A DNA stretch of 59,279 bases, counting the filler. It is 4 parts of 4 records of this genome, joined end to end, with 100 filler letters (N's around TTAATTAATTAA, not from the genome) between each part and the next. Parts side by side here need not be neighbours in the genome. Positions count along the whole stretch, not along the records: positions 1 to 20,627 come from DRR378314_466; positions 20,728 to 34,113 come from DRR378314_474; 2 more parts are not named here. The stretch is one strand, 5' to 3'. Under the pieces are notes generated by a model. That model made no database searches. It was not told the origin of the DNA and saw nothing but the letters and a program-made list of their open reading frames with translations. This document shows positions 19,634 to 33,282 of the stretch, in pieces. Position numbers and translations under genes: made by a program. Every line of letters starts with the position of its first letter. Positions within the stretch are counted from its first letter, which is position 1.

Positions 19634-20128
19634 ATGGACTGGAACCCTGCTTATACTTGGCTGGTGATTGCTCTGCTGCTGAGTCTCGCAGAATTGACGT
19701 CTGGCGCGATGTTACTGCTTGCGCTGGGAATTGCTGCGGCGCTCACCGCTGCGGTCACGGCACTGGGGTTATCGCTGCCTTGGCAGTTACTTAGTATGGG
19801 GATTTTCGCGGGTGTCTTAGTGCCTTTAGGCGTTATGGTTATTCGTCCGCGCTTTTCGCCAAAAGGTGTGGCCTACGGCACGACCGGCACGGGCGTTGAA
19901 AAAGGTAACTATTACAAAACTCTGGTTCGCGACTTTGACAACGCCACCGGCATTAAAGTGAACGGCGATTTCTACCGTTTGCGTGTCATTGAGAGCGGTG
20001 ATACCGACTTGCCGCCAGGCACCCGAGTTATCTTTAAGCGCTTTGAAGGTACGACGGCCTTAGTGACGCTGACACCTCCAGAAAATGCTAGCCCTCAGGA
20101 TGCAATTTCCCCACGCAAGGAGCCATAA
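19634..20128 (+). CDS. NfeD family protein
   Basis: N-terminal TMs with LAEL, C-terminal OB-like segment; upstream of an SPFH gene; start MDWNP after AAGGAG. Confidence 0.8.
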   Translation: MDWNPAYTWLVIALLLSLAELTSGAMLLLALGIAAALTAAVTALGLSLPWQLLSMGIFAGVLVPLGVMVIRPRFSPKGVAYGTTGTGVEKGNYYKTLVRDFDNATGIKVNGDFYRLRVIESGDTDLPPGTRVIFKRFEGTTALVTLTPPENASPQDAISPRKEP

Positions 20129-20130
20129 GC

Positions 20131-20627
20131 ATGAATAACCTCATGGATTTATCAATTAGCCCAGGCCTGCTCATCAGTCTGATTATTGTCGTTATTGGCG
20201 TACTCATCATCTCGAAAGGATTGGTCATTGTTCGCCAGTCAGAAGTGATGGTGATTGAACGATTAGGCTCCTTTCATCGCGTACTTGAAAGCGGCATCAA
20301 CATCATTATTCCGTTTATTGAACAACCACGTGCGATCACAATGCTGCGCTATCGCAAAATGGGTGAAGATTACACAGCGATTACCAGCGATGAAACACGC
20401 ATCGACCGCCGTGAAACGGTCATGGACTTTCCTGGCCAGCCGGTCGTCACCACGGATAACGTCACGGTGAGAATCAATGGTGCGCTTTACTATCAAATTA
20501 TCGACCCTAAACGAGCTGTCTATGAAGTAGAGAATATGAGCCAAGCCGTCGAGGTGCTGGCCAAAACCACGCTTCGCTCAGTGGTCGGTAAAATGGAGCT
20601 AGATAAACTGTTTGAGTCTCGTGCCGA
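20131..20627 (+). CDS. SPFH/band 7 (QmcA-like) protein, truncated by contig end
   Basis: VIERLGSFHRVLESG, QPVVTTDNV, TTLRSVVGKMELD. Confidence 0.9.
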
Positions 20628-20727
20628 NNNNNNNNNNNNNNNNNNNNNNNNNNNNNNNNNNNNNNNNNNNNTTAATTAATTAANNNNNNNNNNNNNNNNN
20701 NNNNNNNNNNNNNNNNNNNNNNNNNNN
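20628..20727. other. Artificial contig-joining spacer
   Basis: N44-TTAATTAATTAA-N44 (stop codons in all six frames). Confidence 0.98.
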
Positions 20728-20828
20728 GAAACCGTCGCAACGACACTTGAGAATCCAGCGCAAAGCGATAATGTCACTCTCGTGCAAAGCAGAAGTATCA
20801 CTCTCCTCGCAAAACGATGTGAGGATGA

Positions 20829-22193
20829 GTGGACATGGGATGGGTGATGATGAGCGAGCGCGAGTTGAACCGTGTGGAAGTTTTGGCACAGGTCGATGAT
20901 GGCCGGCTGAGCGTCGACAACGCAGCGAACATGCTGGACCTGACACGACGGCAGATATTTCGGCTGTTGAAACGGTATCGTCAGGATGGCGCTTCGGCGA
21001 TCCGGCACAAGTCTCGTGGGCGCGCGCCGAACAACCAAATCCACGCCGCGAAGCGCGACTATGCTCTGAGCCTTATCAAAGAACAGTTTCTAGATTTTGG
21101 CCCGACACTGGCGGCTGAGATGTTGGCCGCGCATCATGGGTTCAAAGTCTCTCGCGAGACGCTGCGCAAGTGGATGGTCGAGGACGGCATTTGGCTTTCG
21201 CGCAAGCAACGTCGAACATTTCACCAGCCACGTTTGCGTCGGGAATGTTTTGGCGAGTTGATCCAGATCGACGGCTCGGATCATCGTTGGTTTGAGGATC
21301 GCGCTGGACCCTGCACCCTGCTCGTTTTCATTGATGACGCCACCAGCACCTTGATGGAATTGCGGTTCGTCAAATCCGAGAGCACGTTCAGCTACTTCGA
21401 GGCACTGGAAAGCTATCTGCTCGAACATGGCCGTCCCGTCGCGTTCTACAGCGACAAACACACAGTGGTCCGCGTGGCCAAGGAAGACGCCAAAGGCGGC
21501 GCGGGTATGACCCAGTTTGGACGTGCTTTGAATCAGTTGAACGTTGAGATTCTGTGCGCCAACAGTAGCCAGGCCAAGGGTCGCGTTGAGCGCGCAAACC
21601 GGACGTTGCAAGATCGACTGGTGAAGGAACTGCGATTGGCAGGTATCTCAGACATGGAGGCTGGAAACGTCTATTTGCAAGGCTTTAAAGAACGCTTTAA
21701 CGCACAGTTTGCCAAAGCCCCAGCCAAGCCTGACAACCTGCACCGCGCCCTCAATGTGGAACCAGATCGGCTTGATGATGTGCTGTGTTGGCGCGATACA
21801 CGCTACGTCGGCAAGCAGCTGGCGTTTTCCTATGACCGCAAGCGGATTATGCTGGAAGAAAGCGATGTGACGCGCGGCCTTGTGGGTAAATACGTCGACA
21901 CCTACGCCTTCGTGGATGGCCGGTTTGAGGTGCGCTCAAAGGGGCGCTCCCTGCCCTACAAAATCTTCGACATGGATCAACGGGTCACTCATGCCGCCAT
22001 CACCGACAACAAGCGCCTTGGTGCCGTTCTCCAACACATCAAAGAGATGCAAGATAAGGCACCGCCAAAATATCCAGTTCGGACAAATTCTGAGAAGATG
22101 GGCTATAAGTCAAACGGTAGACGTCCCGGTCGGCCCTCCGGATCACGCACCCAAAAGTCGATTGTACAGGCGGCAAAATTGACCCAGAATTGA
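20829..22193 (+). CDS. DDE transposase (ISNCY/IS1202, IS481-related)
   Basis: N-terminal HTH, GELIQIDGSDHRW, VFIDDAT, FYSDKH, SQAKGRVERANRTLQDRL. Confidence 0.93.
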   Translation: MDMGWVMMSERELNRVEVLAQVDDGRLSVDNAANMLDLTRRQIFRLLKRYRQDGASAIRHKSRGRAPNNQIHAAKRDYALSLIKEQFLDFGPTLAAEMLAAHHGFKVSRETLRKWMVEDGIWLSRKQRRTFHQPRLRRECFGELIQIDGSDHRWFEDRAGPCTLLVFIDDATSTLMELRFVKSESTFSYFEALESYLLEHGRPVAFYSDKHTVVRVAKEDAKGGAGMTQFGRALNQLNVEILCANSSQAKGRVERANRTLQDRLVKELRLAGISDMEAGNVYLQGFKERFNAQFAKAPAKPDNLHRALNVEPDRLDDVLCWRDTRYVGKQLAFSYDRKRIMLEESDVTRGLVGKYVDTYAFVDGRFEVRSKGRSLPYKIFDMDQRVTHAAITDNKRLGAVLQHIKEMQDKAPPKYPVRTNSEKMGYKSNGRRPGRPSGSRTQKSIVQAAKLTQN

Positions 22194-22197
22194 CACT

Positions 22198-22467
22198 ATG
22201 AATGCCGAAGAAGAACCAGAGATCATCATGTCCTATCTGTGTGCCGACGTCGAGGTCGACGGGCACCTCTTGACTGTCGACATTTACAAGAGCGACGTCG
22301 ATCCTGGCTGGATTCTGGAAGTCATCAATGAGTTCGGCACATCTACCGTCTTCGACGACCCGTTCCTAGCTGATGGTCTTGCATGGCAGCAGTTCGAGAA
22401 GACTGTGACAGAAGAAGGCTTGGCCGCGTTCCTCACCAAAAAAGAAAAACGTCAGCTGTTCCAATGA
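22198..22467 (+). CDS. Small acidic hypothetical protein (IS passenger)
   Basis: 89-aa ORF 4 nt after the transposase stop and inside the right inverted repeat. Confidence 0.7.
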   Translation: MNAEEEPEIIMSYLCADVEVDGHLLTVDIYKSDVDPGWILEVINEFGTSTVFDDPFLADGLAWQQFEKTVTEEGLAAFLTKKEKRQLFQ

Positions 22468-22689
22468 TCCCCGCAAGGCTTACCAACCCTGCGATATTTG
22501 ACGTCTCCGGGCTGCCAAGCCTTGCTACCGTCAGCGCTCGTGGTGACATCCCTGCTTTGCGCAACCAGTGACATTTCTGAATGGCATTTACAAAGCTATG
22601 CGCTAAAACCACATGCCCCTGGCGCTTTGCTGGACAGCTGCACCTTGGTAGCTTTAACTAGGACCAACCGAAATTTGCGAGTATCCCCC

Positions 22690-23130
22690 ATGACGTCGAT
22701 CTTGATTCTAAACGGTCCCAATCTCAACCTGCTTGGGACACGACAGCCGGAAGTCTATGGCGCAACGACGCTTGCTGATATCGAAGTGATGTGCCGTGAT
22801 GCGGCGAAATCCCTTGGTGTGACTTTGGAGTTCGCTCAAAGCAATCATGAAGGAATGCTGATAGATCAGATACATGCGGCAAAATCTTCACAGGATGGCA
22901 TAATTCTGAACGCTGGTGCCTACACCCATACGTCTGTGGCGATTATGGACGCGATTGCCTCTGTAGAGCTTCCTGTCGTCGAGGTTCATCTCAGCAATAT
23001 CCACGCCCGTGAAACCTTCCGCCACAAGTCTTATATTGCCCCTGTGGCTTTGGGACAGATCTGCGGGTTTGGCGCAACGGGCTATATTCTGGCGCTTCAC
23101 GCGCTTAAGGAACATATTTCAAGTAGTTGA
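22690..23130 (+). CDS. aroQ: Type II 3-dehydroquinate dehydratase
   Basis: [12 protein letters not shown]...[32 protein letters not shown]. Confidence 0.96.
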   Translation: MTSILILNGPNLNLLGTRQPEVYGATTLADIEVMCRDAAKSLGVTLEFAQSNHEGMLIDQIHAAKSSQDGIILNAGAYTHTSVAIMDAIASVELPVVEVHLSNIHARETFRHKSYIAPVALGQICGFGATGYILALHALKEHISSS

Positions 23131-23385
23131 TTTATAATGTTCTTTCTGGGAAGTTGCTTCGTCTCTGATCAACAGTCTGCGGCACAATCGGATTTGACCC
23201 TAACAATGGTCTACCTGGAAGATGATAGCAGCGAAGACGCTGGGCTGCAGTGAACCAGTGGTTTAAGGTTGCCACTTAAATCACTGTAAAAGTATGATTT
23301 TTTAAATGCTGGTGTCAGGGTTTTCTTGCTGCAAGGTACGTAACCCTGTTCATCCGATCACTTCAGGCTGGGCACTCGCCCAACT

Positions 23386-23414
23386 AAAAAGGCGGCGCAC
23401 CTAAATGCACCGCC
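23386..23414 (-). terminator. Intrinsic terminator after tsf
   Basis: AAAAA-GGCGGCGCA...TGCACCGCC stem-loop just 3' of the tsf stop. Confidence 0.7.
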
Positions 23415-23436
23415 CCTCAAATCTTATCGTTAACGC

Positions 23437-24312
23437 TTAGCTTTGGCCGACTTTGGCAACCTCGGCTGCGAAATCTTCTTTCACAACTTCAATGCCTTCG
23501 CCCACTTCCAGACGTACGAAACCGGTGATGGTTGCGCCCGCCTCTTTAGCGGCCTCAGCCACAGTCAGATCAGGGTTGATGACGAACTGCTGGTTCACCA
23601 AGGTCACTTCGGACATGTATTTCTTCATACGCCCCACAATCATCTTTTCGATGACGGCTTCTGGCTTGCCGGACTCGCGGGCGATGTCCATCTGGACCTG
23701 CTTTTCCTTCTCGACCACTGCCGGGTCAAGATCTTCCTCGGACAGAGAAGCCGGATTGGTCGCTGCGATGTGCATTGCAACCTGCTTGCCAAAACCTTCG
23801 TCGCCGCCGGTCATTGCGACCAGAACACCGATGTTACCCATGCCTGGCGCCGCTGCGTTGTGCACGTAGGACACAACAGTGTCACCGTCGATGGCCGCCA
23901 TGCGGCGTACCGACATGTTTTCACCAATCACGGCAACCGCATCCGTCACGGTCTGTTCAACGGATTTACCGCCCATGTCAGCCGCTTTCAGCGCGTCGAT
24001 ATCGGACGCCCCCAGGGCAACATCGGCAATGCCAGCAACCATTTTCTGGAAGTCAGCGTTCTTGCCCACGAAATCGGTTTCAGAGTTTACTTCAACCGCA
24101 ACGCCGTGGCCGCCGTCAACCTTGACCGCAACCAGACCTTCCGCTGCTGTACGGCCGGATTTCTTCGCCGCTTTGGCCAGACCCTTGGTGCGCAGCCAAT
24201 CAACCGCCGCTTCCATGTCGCCATTGTTTTCGGTCAACGCCTTCTTGGCGTCCATCATGCCTGCGCCGGTGCTGTCGCGCAGTTCTTTCACCATAGATGC
24301 TGTAATCGCCAT
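23437..24312 (-). CDS. tsf: Elongation factor Ts
   Basis: [46 protein letters not shown]. Confidence 0.98.
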   Translation of the reverse strand: MAITASMVKELRDSTGAGMMDAKKALTENNGDMEAAVDWLRTKGLAKAAKKSGRTAAEGLVAVKVDGGHGVAVEVNSETDFVGKNADFQKMVAGIADVALGASDIDALKAADMGGKSVEQTVTDAVAVIGENMSVRRMAAIDGDTVVSYVHNAAAPGMGNIGVLVAMTGGDEGFGKQVAMHIAATNPASLSEEDLDPAVVEKEKQVQMDIARESGKPEAVIEKMIVGRMKKYMSEVTLVNQQFVINPDLTVAEAAKEAGATITGFVRLEVGEGIEVVKEDFAAEVAKVGQS

Positions 24313-24387
24313 CTTTTGGTTCTCCTGTTAAATCAGATCGGTTGGAGGCAGGTGTACCCTGCCCCCGTTTCAGTCCTGTGACACGTC

Positions 24388-25263
24388 TCAGCCTTCGGCT
24401 TTGGCGACGGTCTCTTTTGTGGACTCGATATCAAGGACCGCATCCTTGGACATGGCGTCGTTTGACACTGTCTCTTCAGAGGCATTGCCAACTTCAACAC
24501 CGGTGGAAGGCTCCGCAAGAGCTTCCTCAGCAGGTGCTTCTTCCATTGCGCCCAGATCAACGCCAGCCGCGCCCAATTGGGCGGACATGCCGTCAAGTGC
24601 CGCACGTGCAGCCAGATCGCAATATAGGCCAATGGCGCGCGCCGCGTCATCGTTGCCCGGAATGATGTAATCGATGCCATCGGGTGAGCAGTTGGTGTCA
24701 ACCACAGCCACAACCGGAATGCCCAGCTTGTTGGCTTCGGCCACAGCCAGCGCTTCTTTTTTCACGTCGATTACGAAGATCAGGTCGGGACGGCCGCCCA
24801 TTTCACGGATACCGCCCAAAGAAGCCTGAAGCTTGCCCTGGTCACGTTCCATACCCAGACGCTCTTTTTTGGTCAGGCCTTCAAAGCCGCGCTCGGACTG
24901 TTCGTCGATTGATTTCAGACGGTTGATGGATTTGGATACGGTCTGCCAGTTGGTCAGCGTGCCGCCCAGCCAGCGGTGGTTCATGTAATACTGTGCGCAT
25001 TTTTCAGCGGCATCTGCGATCGGCTGTGCTGCCTGACGCTTGGTGCCGACGAACAGGATGGACCCGCCCTTGGCGACAGTGTCACGGATCAGTTTCAATG
25101 CTTCATCCAGCATTGGAACGGTCTGTGTCAGGTCCATGATGTGAATGCCGTTACGCGCGCCATAGATGTAGGGACCCATACGTGGGTTCCAGCGCTGCGT
25201 CTGGTGGCCAAAGTGTACGCCTGCTTCAAGCAGCTGACGCATGGAGAACTCAGGAAGAGCCAT
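24388..25263 (-). CDS. rpsB: 30S ribosomal protein S2
   Basis: [27 protein letters not shown]; acidic C-terminal extension. Confidence 0.98.
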   Translation of the reverse strand: MALPEFSMRQLLEAGVHFGHQTQRWNPRMGPYIYGARNGIHIMDLTQTVPMLDEALKLIRDTVAKGGSILFVGTKRQAAQPIADAAEKCAQYYMNHRWLGGTLTNWQTVSKSINRLKSIDEQSERGFEGLTKKERLGMERDQGKLQASLGGIREMGGRPDLIFVIDVKKEALAVAEANKLGIPVVAVVDTNCSPDGIDYIIPGNDDAARAIGLYCDLAARAALDGMSAQLGAAGVDLGAMEEAPAEEALAEPSTGVEVGNASEETVSNDAMSKDAVLDIESTKETVAKAEG

Positions 25264-25375
25264 GTCGGTATACCTTTCCGGTTTAGCCTCATCGGGGGTA
25301 TGATCCCATATGGAACCAACCGGCGGACTGTTTCAGGATTTCTCCCCAAAATGGCCCAACCCCGACTGCGGGTTT
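25264..25375 (-). promoter_or_regulatory. Putative rpsB 5' leader (S2 autoregulation)
   Basis: Position plus CCGGTT/AACCGG pairing adjacent to the RBS; structure not verified. Confidence 0.3.
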
Positions 25376-25515
25376 AAGTGCCGCGTCCTTAAGACAGATC
25401 CACCAAGGGCGCAAGGGGCAATTGATGCGCCAGCGAAGGCCCGCATAAATTCAATGGACAGCTCCGGCAAGCTGGCTCAATGTGGCGGAAAAAACAAACC
25501 TTTGGGAGTATCACC

Positions 25516-26085
25516 ATGATCCACCGCACCGCCGCGCTATTTGTGTTTGCGTTTGCCACGCCGGGCTTCGCCCAATCCGTCACCTTGACCCCTGCTGATC
25601 CACAACCCGCCGCCGGTGATCTGACCCCCGGGCTGGCCGTCTCCTATGCCTATCCCAAGGATGTGCGTCTGCTGGAAGATGCCGAAGACGCTTTGGAGTC
25701 AGCCAAGAGCGGGCCGCCAATCAGAGGTCTGTCCTATTCGGACAATACCGAGGGCGATCTGACCCTGACCTCGGAAAAGGCCAGCAAGGTTGCCGCCGCA
25801 ATCAACGGGTTTATCCGGTTTGACGCTGCGGGTACTTTTGAGGTCGAAATGATTAGCAATGATGGCCTTGTGGCCAGCATCGGCGGTCAGCAGGTTGGGC
25901 TTTATGATGGGGTGCATGGCTGTGAACCCGCCGGTATTCAGGAGGTCGTTGTGCCCGAAGCTGCTTGGTATCCGATTGAAATCACCTATTTCCAACGCAA
26001 GGGCAGCGCCTGTCTGGAAATGGATTGGAATGTCGACGGCCGCATGGGCTCTGTGCCCGATTCAGTATTTGCACATATCGAATAG
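25516..26085 (+). CDS. Secreted PA14-domain protein
   Basis: Signal peptide; GFIRF..AGTF...SNDG...IGG...DG.H...YPIEITYFQ..G pattern. Confidence 0.8.
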   Translation: MIHRTAALFVFAFATPGFAQSVTLTPADPQPAAGDLTPGLAVSYAYPKDVRLLEDAEDALESAKSGPPIRGLSYSDNTEGDLTLTSEKASKVAAAINGFIRFDAAGTFEVEMISNDGLVASIGGQQVGLYDGVHGCEPAGIQEVVVPEAAWYPIEITYFQRKGSACLEMDWNVDGRMGSVPDSVFAHIE

Positions 26086-26113
26086 GTTAAATCTCGATTG
26101 GGCTGAACCCTGA

Positions 26114-26947
26114 TTAGGCCAAATCCGATCCCGATACATGCCCCTTGCGCACCGCTGTTTCACAGTCCATCGCAAGGGCCTTCCGGTTCGCATATGCGCT
26201 TGCCGGCAGCGGCGTGTGATAGGTGACCTCAACCCACCCTTGCCGCGCCGGTGCCAATGTGACCAGCAGATGCGCACCAAAGGATGTATCCCCCCACCAG
26301 CCGTAAAACCGCGGGTCTGCCCCGGCAGGTGCGTGATAGGTCACACTGACGGGCTGCACGGCGATTTCGTTTTTTAGGTTTGGTGACAGGAATGATTGGA
26401 ACAGCGTGGTCTTGAACGGCAAGACCTGCTGCCCGTCGGTGCTGGTCCCCTCCGGGAAAAACAGCAGTTTGTGCCCCGCCAGCAACCGCTCTTCGAAGAT
26501 CTGGGTCTGCGCCTTGGCCTGCGCCGGGTCGCGCACCACAAAAACCGTACCTGTGGCGCGGGCCAGCCATCCGATCCCGGGCCAATTGGCCACTTCGGAT
26601 TTTGATACGAAATAGATCCGCTTGCTGGCGTTCAGCACAAAGATGTCCAGCCAGGAGGTGTGATTGGCGACAATCGCCCCCTGTCCAGCCATTGGCATGC
26701 CGGACACTTGCAAGCGCAATCCCAGAAGCCGTAGTGCGTTGCGACAGACAAATTGTGTAATATGTGGCGTCATCGGACGGTGCAGGCCAAACAATGGTCG
26801 TTCAATCAGTCGCACCAACAGCAGAATGATCAGCCCGCCAAAGACCAGCACGGCCAAAGCAGTTGCCCGCAGTAAAACCCGCAGCCAGCCCGCAAATGTG
26901 ATGGCCGGGTAGGACGGGGGCAGATCACTGTCCCAACGCGGGCTCAT
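26114..26947 (-). CDS. olsA: Lyso-ornithine lipid O-acyltransferase (PlsC family)
   Basis: NHTSWLD (HxxxxD), FVSKSEV, FFPEGTS; overlaps the olsB-like gene upstream. Confidence 0.8.
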   Translation of the reverse strand: MSPRWDSDLPPSYPAITFAGWLRVLLRATALAVLVFGGLIILLLVRLIERPLFGLHRPMTPHITQFVCRNALRLLGLRLQVSGMPMAGQGAIVANHTSWLDIFVLNASKRIYFVSKSEVANWPGIGWLARATGTVFVVRDPAQAKAQTQIFEERLLAGHKLLFFPEGTSTDGQQVLPFKTTLFQSFLSPNLKNEIAVQPVSVTYHAPAGADPRFYGWWGDTSFGAHLLVTLAPARQGWVEVTYHTPLPASAYANRKALAMDCETAVRKGHVSGSDLA

Positions 26948-27708
26948 TGCGACCCTCGCCCGTAGATCCGGGCCTGTTTTTGCGACAGGCGGGCGGTGTC
27001 CATGATCAGGCAGACATCTACAGTGTTAAAGGCGTGATCGACAAAGGCCCCCTCGCCCACATAGCCGCCGAGCCGCAGATAGGCCTTGATCAGGCTGGGT
27101 ACCTGCAACATCGCGGCTTTGCGGTCCAAGGCCTCAGGTGGGATCATGTTCATATCCTGGAAACTCTCTTCAAGTGCGCGCACTCGCAGGTCCGCTGGTG
27201 CCAGATGGCGATGGTGCAACAGTGACAGCGGCGCGGCCAGCGCCTGCACATCGGTGCCGGGGAAGCTCGCCACACCAAACAGAACCTCAATCTCATGCAG
27301 GGCCACATACTCAGCCAGAGCTGACCAAAGATGGTGCATCGCCATGCCGCCACGATAATCGGGATGCAAACAGGATCGGCCCAATTCCAGCAGGCGGCGG
27401 TTGGAGGTCAACAAGGGCGTCAGATCATATTCCGAGGCGCAATAGTGCCGCCCTGCCCGCGCCGCCTGTTCTGGCCGCAGCAAACGGTATACGCCAACCA
27501 CCGCATCGCTGTGCCGGTCCACCAACAGTAAATGATCGCAAAAGGCGTCCAACGCGTCCTGCTCAAGTCCGGCGGCGTGATCGACCAATGGGCCACCGCC
27601 GCCCAGCTCGCGGATGAAAACGTCAAAGCGCAACCGCTGTGCCGCGCGCAGATCTTCAGGTGATTGCGCCAGCCTGACGTCAAAGTCCGGGGAGGTGGTT
27701 TGGGTCAT
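26944..27708 (-). CDS. olsB: Ornithine N-acyltransferase (GNAT fold)
   Basis: AAQRLRFDVF, CDHLL, VGVYRL, ELGRSC, PSLIKAYLRLG, DHAFNTVD. Confidence 0.85.
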   Translation of the reverse strand: MTQTTSPDFDVRLAQSPEDLRAAQRLRFDVFIRELGGGGPLVDHAAGLEQDALDAFCDHLLLVDRHSDAVVGVYRLLRPEQAARAGRHYCASEYDLTPLLTSNRRLLELGRSCLHPDYRGGMAMHHLWSALAEYVALHEIEVLFGVASFPGTDVQALAAPLSLLHHRHLAPADLRVRALEESFQDMNMIPPEALDRKAAMLQVPSLIKAYLRLGGYVGEGAFVDHAFNTVDVCLIMDTARLSQKQARIYGRGSQ

Positions 27709-27855
27709 GGGCAGCTCAAGCTCCGCATTGGGATAAACCCTGTACCATCTGCGCGGCTTTGGAGGCAGGTCGAGCTTGTAAAATTATACTCTGAGTTGTA
27801 TAGTTTAATACAACACAACCTTGCATCAGTTCCGTTAATCATTTGGAAACCATGT

Positions 27856-28038
27856 TCAGTCATCAAAAACCGGCATTAACCCAACCCGAAAGCTGTCGAT
27901 GACAATCTTGCCCTCGTCCCGAAAATTCACCGTCACCTTGCCGGCGATATTGCTTTGCACCTGCCCGAGACCCCAATCGGGATGGTCCGGGTGGCGCACC
28001 AGCATTCCGGGCGTCAATATTGCGTTCAGGTCGTCCAT
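27856..28038 (-). CDS. DUF3553 family protein
   Basis: PGMLVRHPDHPDWGLGQVQS...TVNF...GK. Confidence 0.85.
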   Translation of the reverse strand: MDDLNAILTPGMLVRHPDHPDWGLGQVQSNIAGKVTVNFRDEGKIVIDSFRVGLMPVFDD

Positions 28039-28086
28039 TCCCTGCCCTCTGCTTGGTCCTCGTTCTTCCCGCGCCATGGCCCTGAC

Positions 28087-28683
28087 ATGATTGATATGAA
28101 CACCACACTTGCCGGGCTGATCGGCAGCCGCATCTGCCATGACCTCATATCGCCGATTGGCGCAATCAACAATGGTCTGGAACTGCTAGGTATGTCAGGC
28201 GACCCTGCCGGACCTGAAATTGGCCTGATCGGGGAAAGCGTGGGTAATGCCAGCGCCCGCATCCGGTTCTTTAGGGTGGCTTTTGGTGCAGCGGGGGATC
28301 AATTGGTCGGCCCTGCAGAGGTTCAATCGATCCTGCGTGATCTTTATGAAACCAGCCGGCTGTCGCCCAACTGGCAAGCGGAGAGACCGGTGCAGCGTGC
28401 CGATGTCCGGCTCGCCTTTCTGGCCATCATGTGCATGGAAACGGCGATGCCCTATGGCGGTCGGATCGACATCACCTGCACGAGGGGCAGTTGGAAATTG
28501 GCCGGTACTGCGGACCGCACCAATGTAGAGGCCGCACTTTGGGCCCTGCTATCGGGCAGTGCTGTGCAAAAGGACCTGCTGCCCTCACATGTTCAATTCG
28601 CCCTGCTGCCCCTGATCGCGCGGGATTCTGCACGGCGGATCACCTGCCAATCCGATGAAACCAGTATAAAGCTGGAGTTTTAG
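28087..28683 (+). CDS. chpT: Histidine phosphotransferase ChpT
   Basis: [40 protein letters not shown]. Confidence 0.9.
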   Translation: MIDMNTTLAGLIGSRICHDLISPIGAINNGLELLGMSGDPAGPEIGLIGESVGNASARIRFFRVAFGAAGDQLVGPAEVQSILRDLYETSRLSPNWQAERPVQRADVRLAFLAIMCMETAMPYGGRIDITCTRGSWKLAGTADRTNVEAALWALLSGSAVQKDLLPSHVQFALLPLIARDSARRITCQSDETSIKLEF

Positions 28684-29945
28684 GCCCGCACTGTGCCATC
28701 GCCGGTCACCAGATATTTGAAACTGGTCAGTTGCGCCGCGCCCACCGGACCACGTGCATGCATTTTTCCGGTGGCGATGCCAATCTCGGCCCCCATGCCG
28801 AACTCTCCGCCATCGGCAAATTGAGTTGAGGCATTGTGCATCAGGATCGCAGAATCCAGATGGTCCATAAAGGTCTGCACCGCCGTTGCATCCTCAGTAA
28901 TGATGCAATCCGTATGGTTAGAGCCATAGCTGCGAATATGCTCGATGGCATCATCGACGCCGGTCACCGTTTTGGCCGCGATGATCATATCCAGATATTC
29001 ACAGCCCCAATCCTCTGCTGTTGCGGGCCGGACCCCTTCGATGCTCTGCAGGGTCTCATCCCCGCGCACCTCAACACCGGCATCTATCAGCGCGCGCAGA
29101 ACCCCCTGCCCGATCGTGTTCACAACCTTTTCGTGGATCAGCAGGCATTCCGCCGCGCCGCAAATGCCGGTGCGGCGTGTCTTGGCGTTCAGCACGATCT
29201 TCAGCGCCTTTTCGGGGTCAGCCTGTTCATCGACATAGATATGCACAATCCCTTCCAGATGGGCAAAGACCGGCACCCGCGCCTGTTCCTGAACCAGCCC
29301 GACCAGCCCCTTGCCGCCGCGGGGTACGATCACGTCAATGACATTGGTCATTTTCAACATCTCGCTGACCGCCGCACGATCACGGGTCGGCACCAGCTGC
29401 ACCGCATCTTCGGGCAGGCCTGCATCGCGCAGCCCCTGCTGCAAACAGGCATGGATGGCGCGCGAGGAGTTGAACCCTTCAGACCCGCCGCGCAGGATCA
29501 CCGCATTGCCCGCTTTCAGGCAGAGCGCACCGGCGTCCGCAGTCACATTCGGGCGACTTTCATAGATCACCCCGATTACCCCCAGCGGGGTGCGCACGCG
29601 GCGGATGTTCAATCCCGAAGGTTGCTCCCATTCAGAGATTACTTCACCCACGGGGTCAGCCTGTTCAGCCACGCTGCGCAGCCCGTCGACCATGGACTGA
29701 ATGCGGCTCTCATCCAGCATCAGGCGGTCCATCATCGCGTCAGACAGACCTTTTTCACGGCCAAAGATCAGATCCTCTGCGTTTGCTGCCAGAATATCCT
29801 CGCGGGTTTTCCAGATGTTCTCTGCCGCGCTAATCAAGGCGGCGTGTTTACGCTCTGCGGATGCGATGGCCAGTGCAGTAGAAGCGGCTTTGGCACGGGC
29901 ACCGATATCAGTCATTATTGAAGTAATATTTTCATTTTTTTTCAT
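28680..29945 (-). CDS. proA: Gamma-glutamyl phosphate reductase
   Basis: [44 protein letters not shown]. Confidence 0.97.
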   Translation of the reverse strand: MKKNENITSIMTDIGARAKAASTALAIASAERKHAALISAAENIWKTREDILAANAEDLIFGREKGLSDAMMDRLMLDESRIQSMVDGLRSVAEQADPVGEVISEWEQPSGLNIRRVRTPLGVIGVIYESRPNVTADAGALCLKAGNAVILRGGSEGFNSSRAIHACLQQGLRDAGLPEDAVQLVPTRDRAAVSEMLKMTNVIDVIVPRGGKGLVGLVQEQARVPVFAHLEGIVHIYVDEQADPEKALKIVLNAKTRRTGICGAAECLLIHEKVVNTIGQGVLRALIDAGVEVRGDETLQSIEGVRPATAEDWGCEYLDMIIAAKTVTGVDDAIEHIRSYGSNHTDCIITEDATAVQTFMDHLDSAILMHNASTQFADGGEFGMGAEIGIATGKMHARGPVGAAQLTSFKYLVTGDGTVRA

Positions 29946-29988
29946 TATCTTACGCCCACAGCTTAATCTTTTACATGAAGTATATGGT

Positions 29989-32679
<2,691 letters not shown>

Positions 32680-32683
<4 letters not shown>

Positions 32684-33282
32684 GTTCCTCCTCCGAACAA
32701 TACGAATAAAACAGAGGCGACGGTGAGGCCGGCCAATGTCCACATCAGATAGGGTTCCACAGCTGTTCCTGCAACGGTCTTGGCGATCCTGTCCCCCGCC
32801 AATGTCCAGATTGGGTGCAAGATCAGCTGGCAACCCAATAATACTGCAGCGATGGTCGCGGTTGCCGTCAGGGTCGCGGTTTCTGGTCCGACAAATGCGG
32901 TGAAGCTGCCAACAATCATCGCCCATGCCTTGGGGTTTAGCGGGTGTACGATCAACCCAGCCGCAAAACCCGGTGCGCCAACGTCGCTTGTTGCTGTGTT
33001 CAGGCGCAGGTTTGCCACTTTCCAGGCCAGCCAAATGATATAGGTCGCTGAGATATATTTCAGTGCGATAAACAACCAAGGTTGCGTTTCGGCCAGCTCC
33101 ATCAGGCCAAATCCAATGGGCCAGATGATCAGCTGCTTGCCAAGGGCGACCCCGGCGACAAAAGGCAGGGCCTTGCGAAACCCGAACCGTGCGCCCGTGG
33201 CCAGCAACGCCATATTTGCAGGACCGGGCGTGCCGACTTGGCTGGCGGCAAAGATGATCAAAGGGGCAAGGGCTATGCTCAT
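32680..33282 (-). CDS. LysE family translocator
   Basis: TPGPAN and LNPKAW motifs, about 6 TMs. Confidence 0.9.

Larger units (their letters stand above)
20748..22592 (+). mobile_element. IS1202/ISNCY-type insertion sequence with one passenger gene
   Basis: Left end TGAGAA...AATGTCACT...GCAAAGCAG...TATCAC matches the reverse complement of the right end GTGACAT-CCCTGCTTTGC...AGTGACATT...TTTACA; encloses transposase plus ORF 22198-22467; exact left boundary uncertain. Confidence 0.75.

Noticed and set aside
20628-20727. TTAATTAATTAA repeated three times within N runs, as a biological repeat
   Set aside because: Identical 44+12+44 format at each junction; an all-frame-stop linker. ORFs running into it are artefacts.
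22593-22625. dif/XerCD site next to the IS1202-type element
   Set aside because: Only a partial GCGCATA resemblance, with no XerD arm at the correct spacing
22498-22689. N-terminal extension of AroQ
   Set aside because: Runs through the IS right end; homology starts at MTSILIL (22690)
23443-24381. 312-aa antisense ORF over tsf (likewise 28836-29921 over proA, 31089-31736 over obgE, 55445-56149 over the transglycosylase)
   Set aside because: Shadow ORFs caused by codon bias of conserved genes on the opposite strand; no motifs of their own
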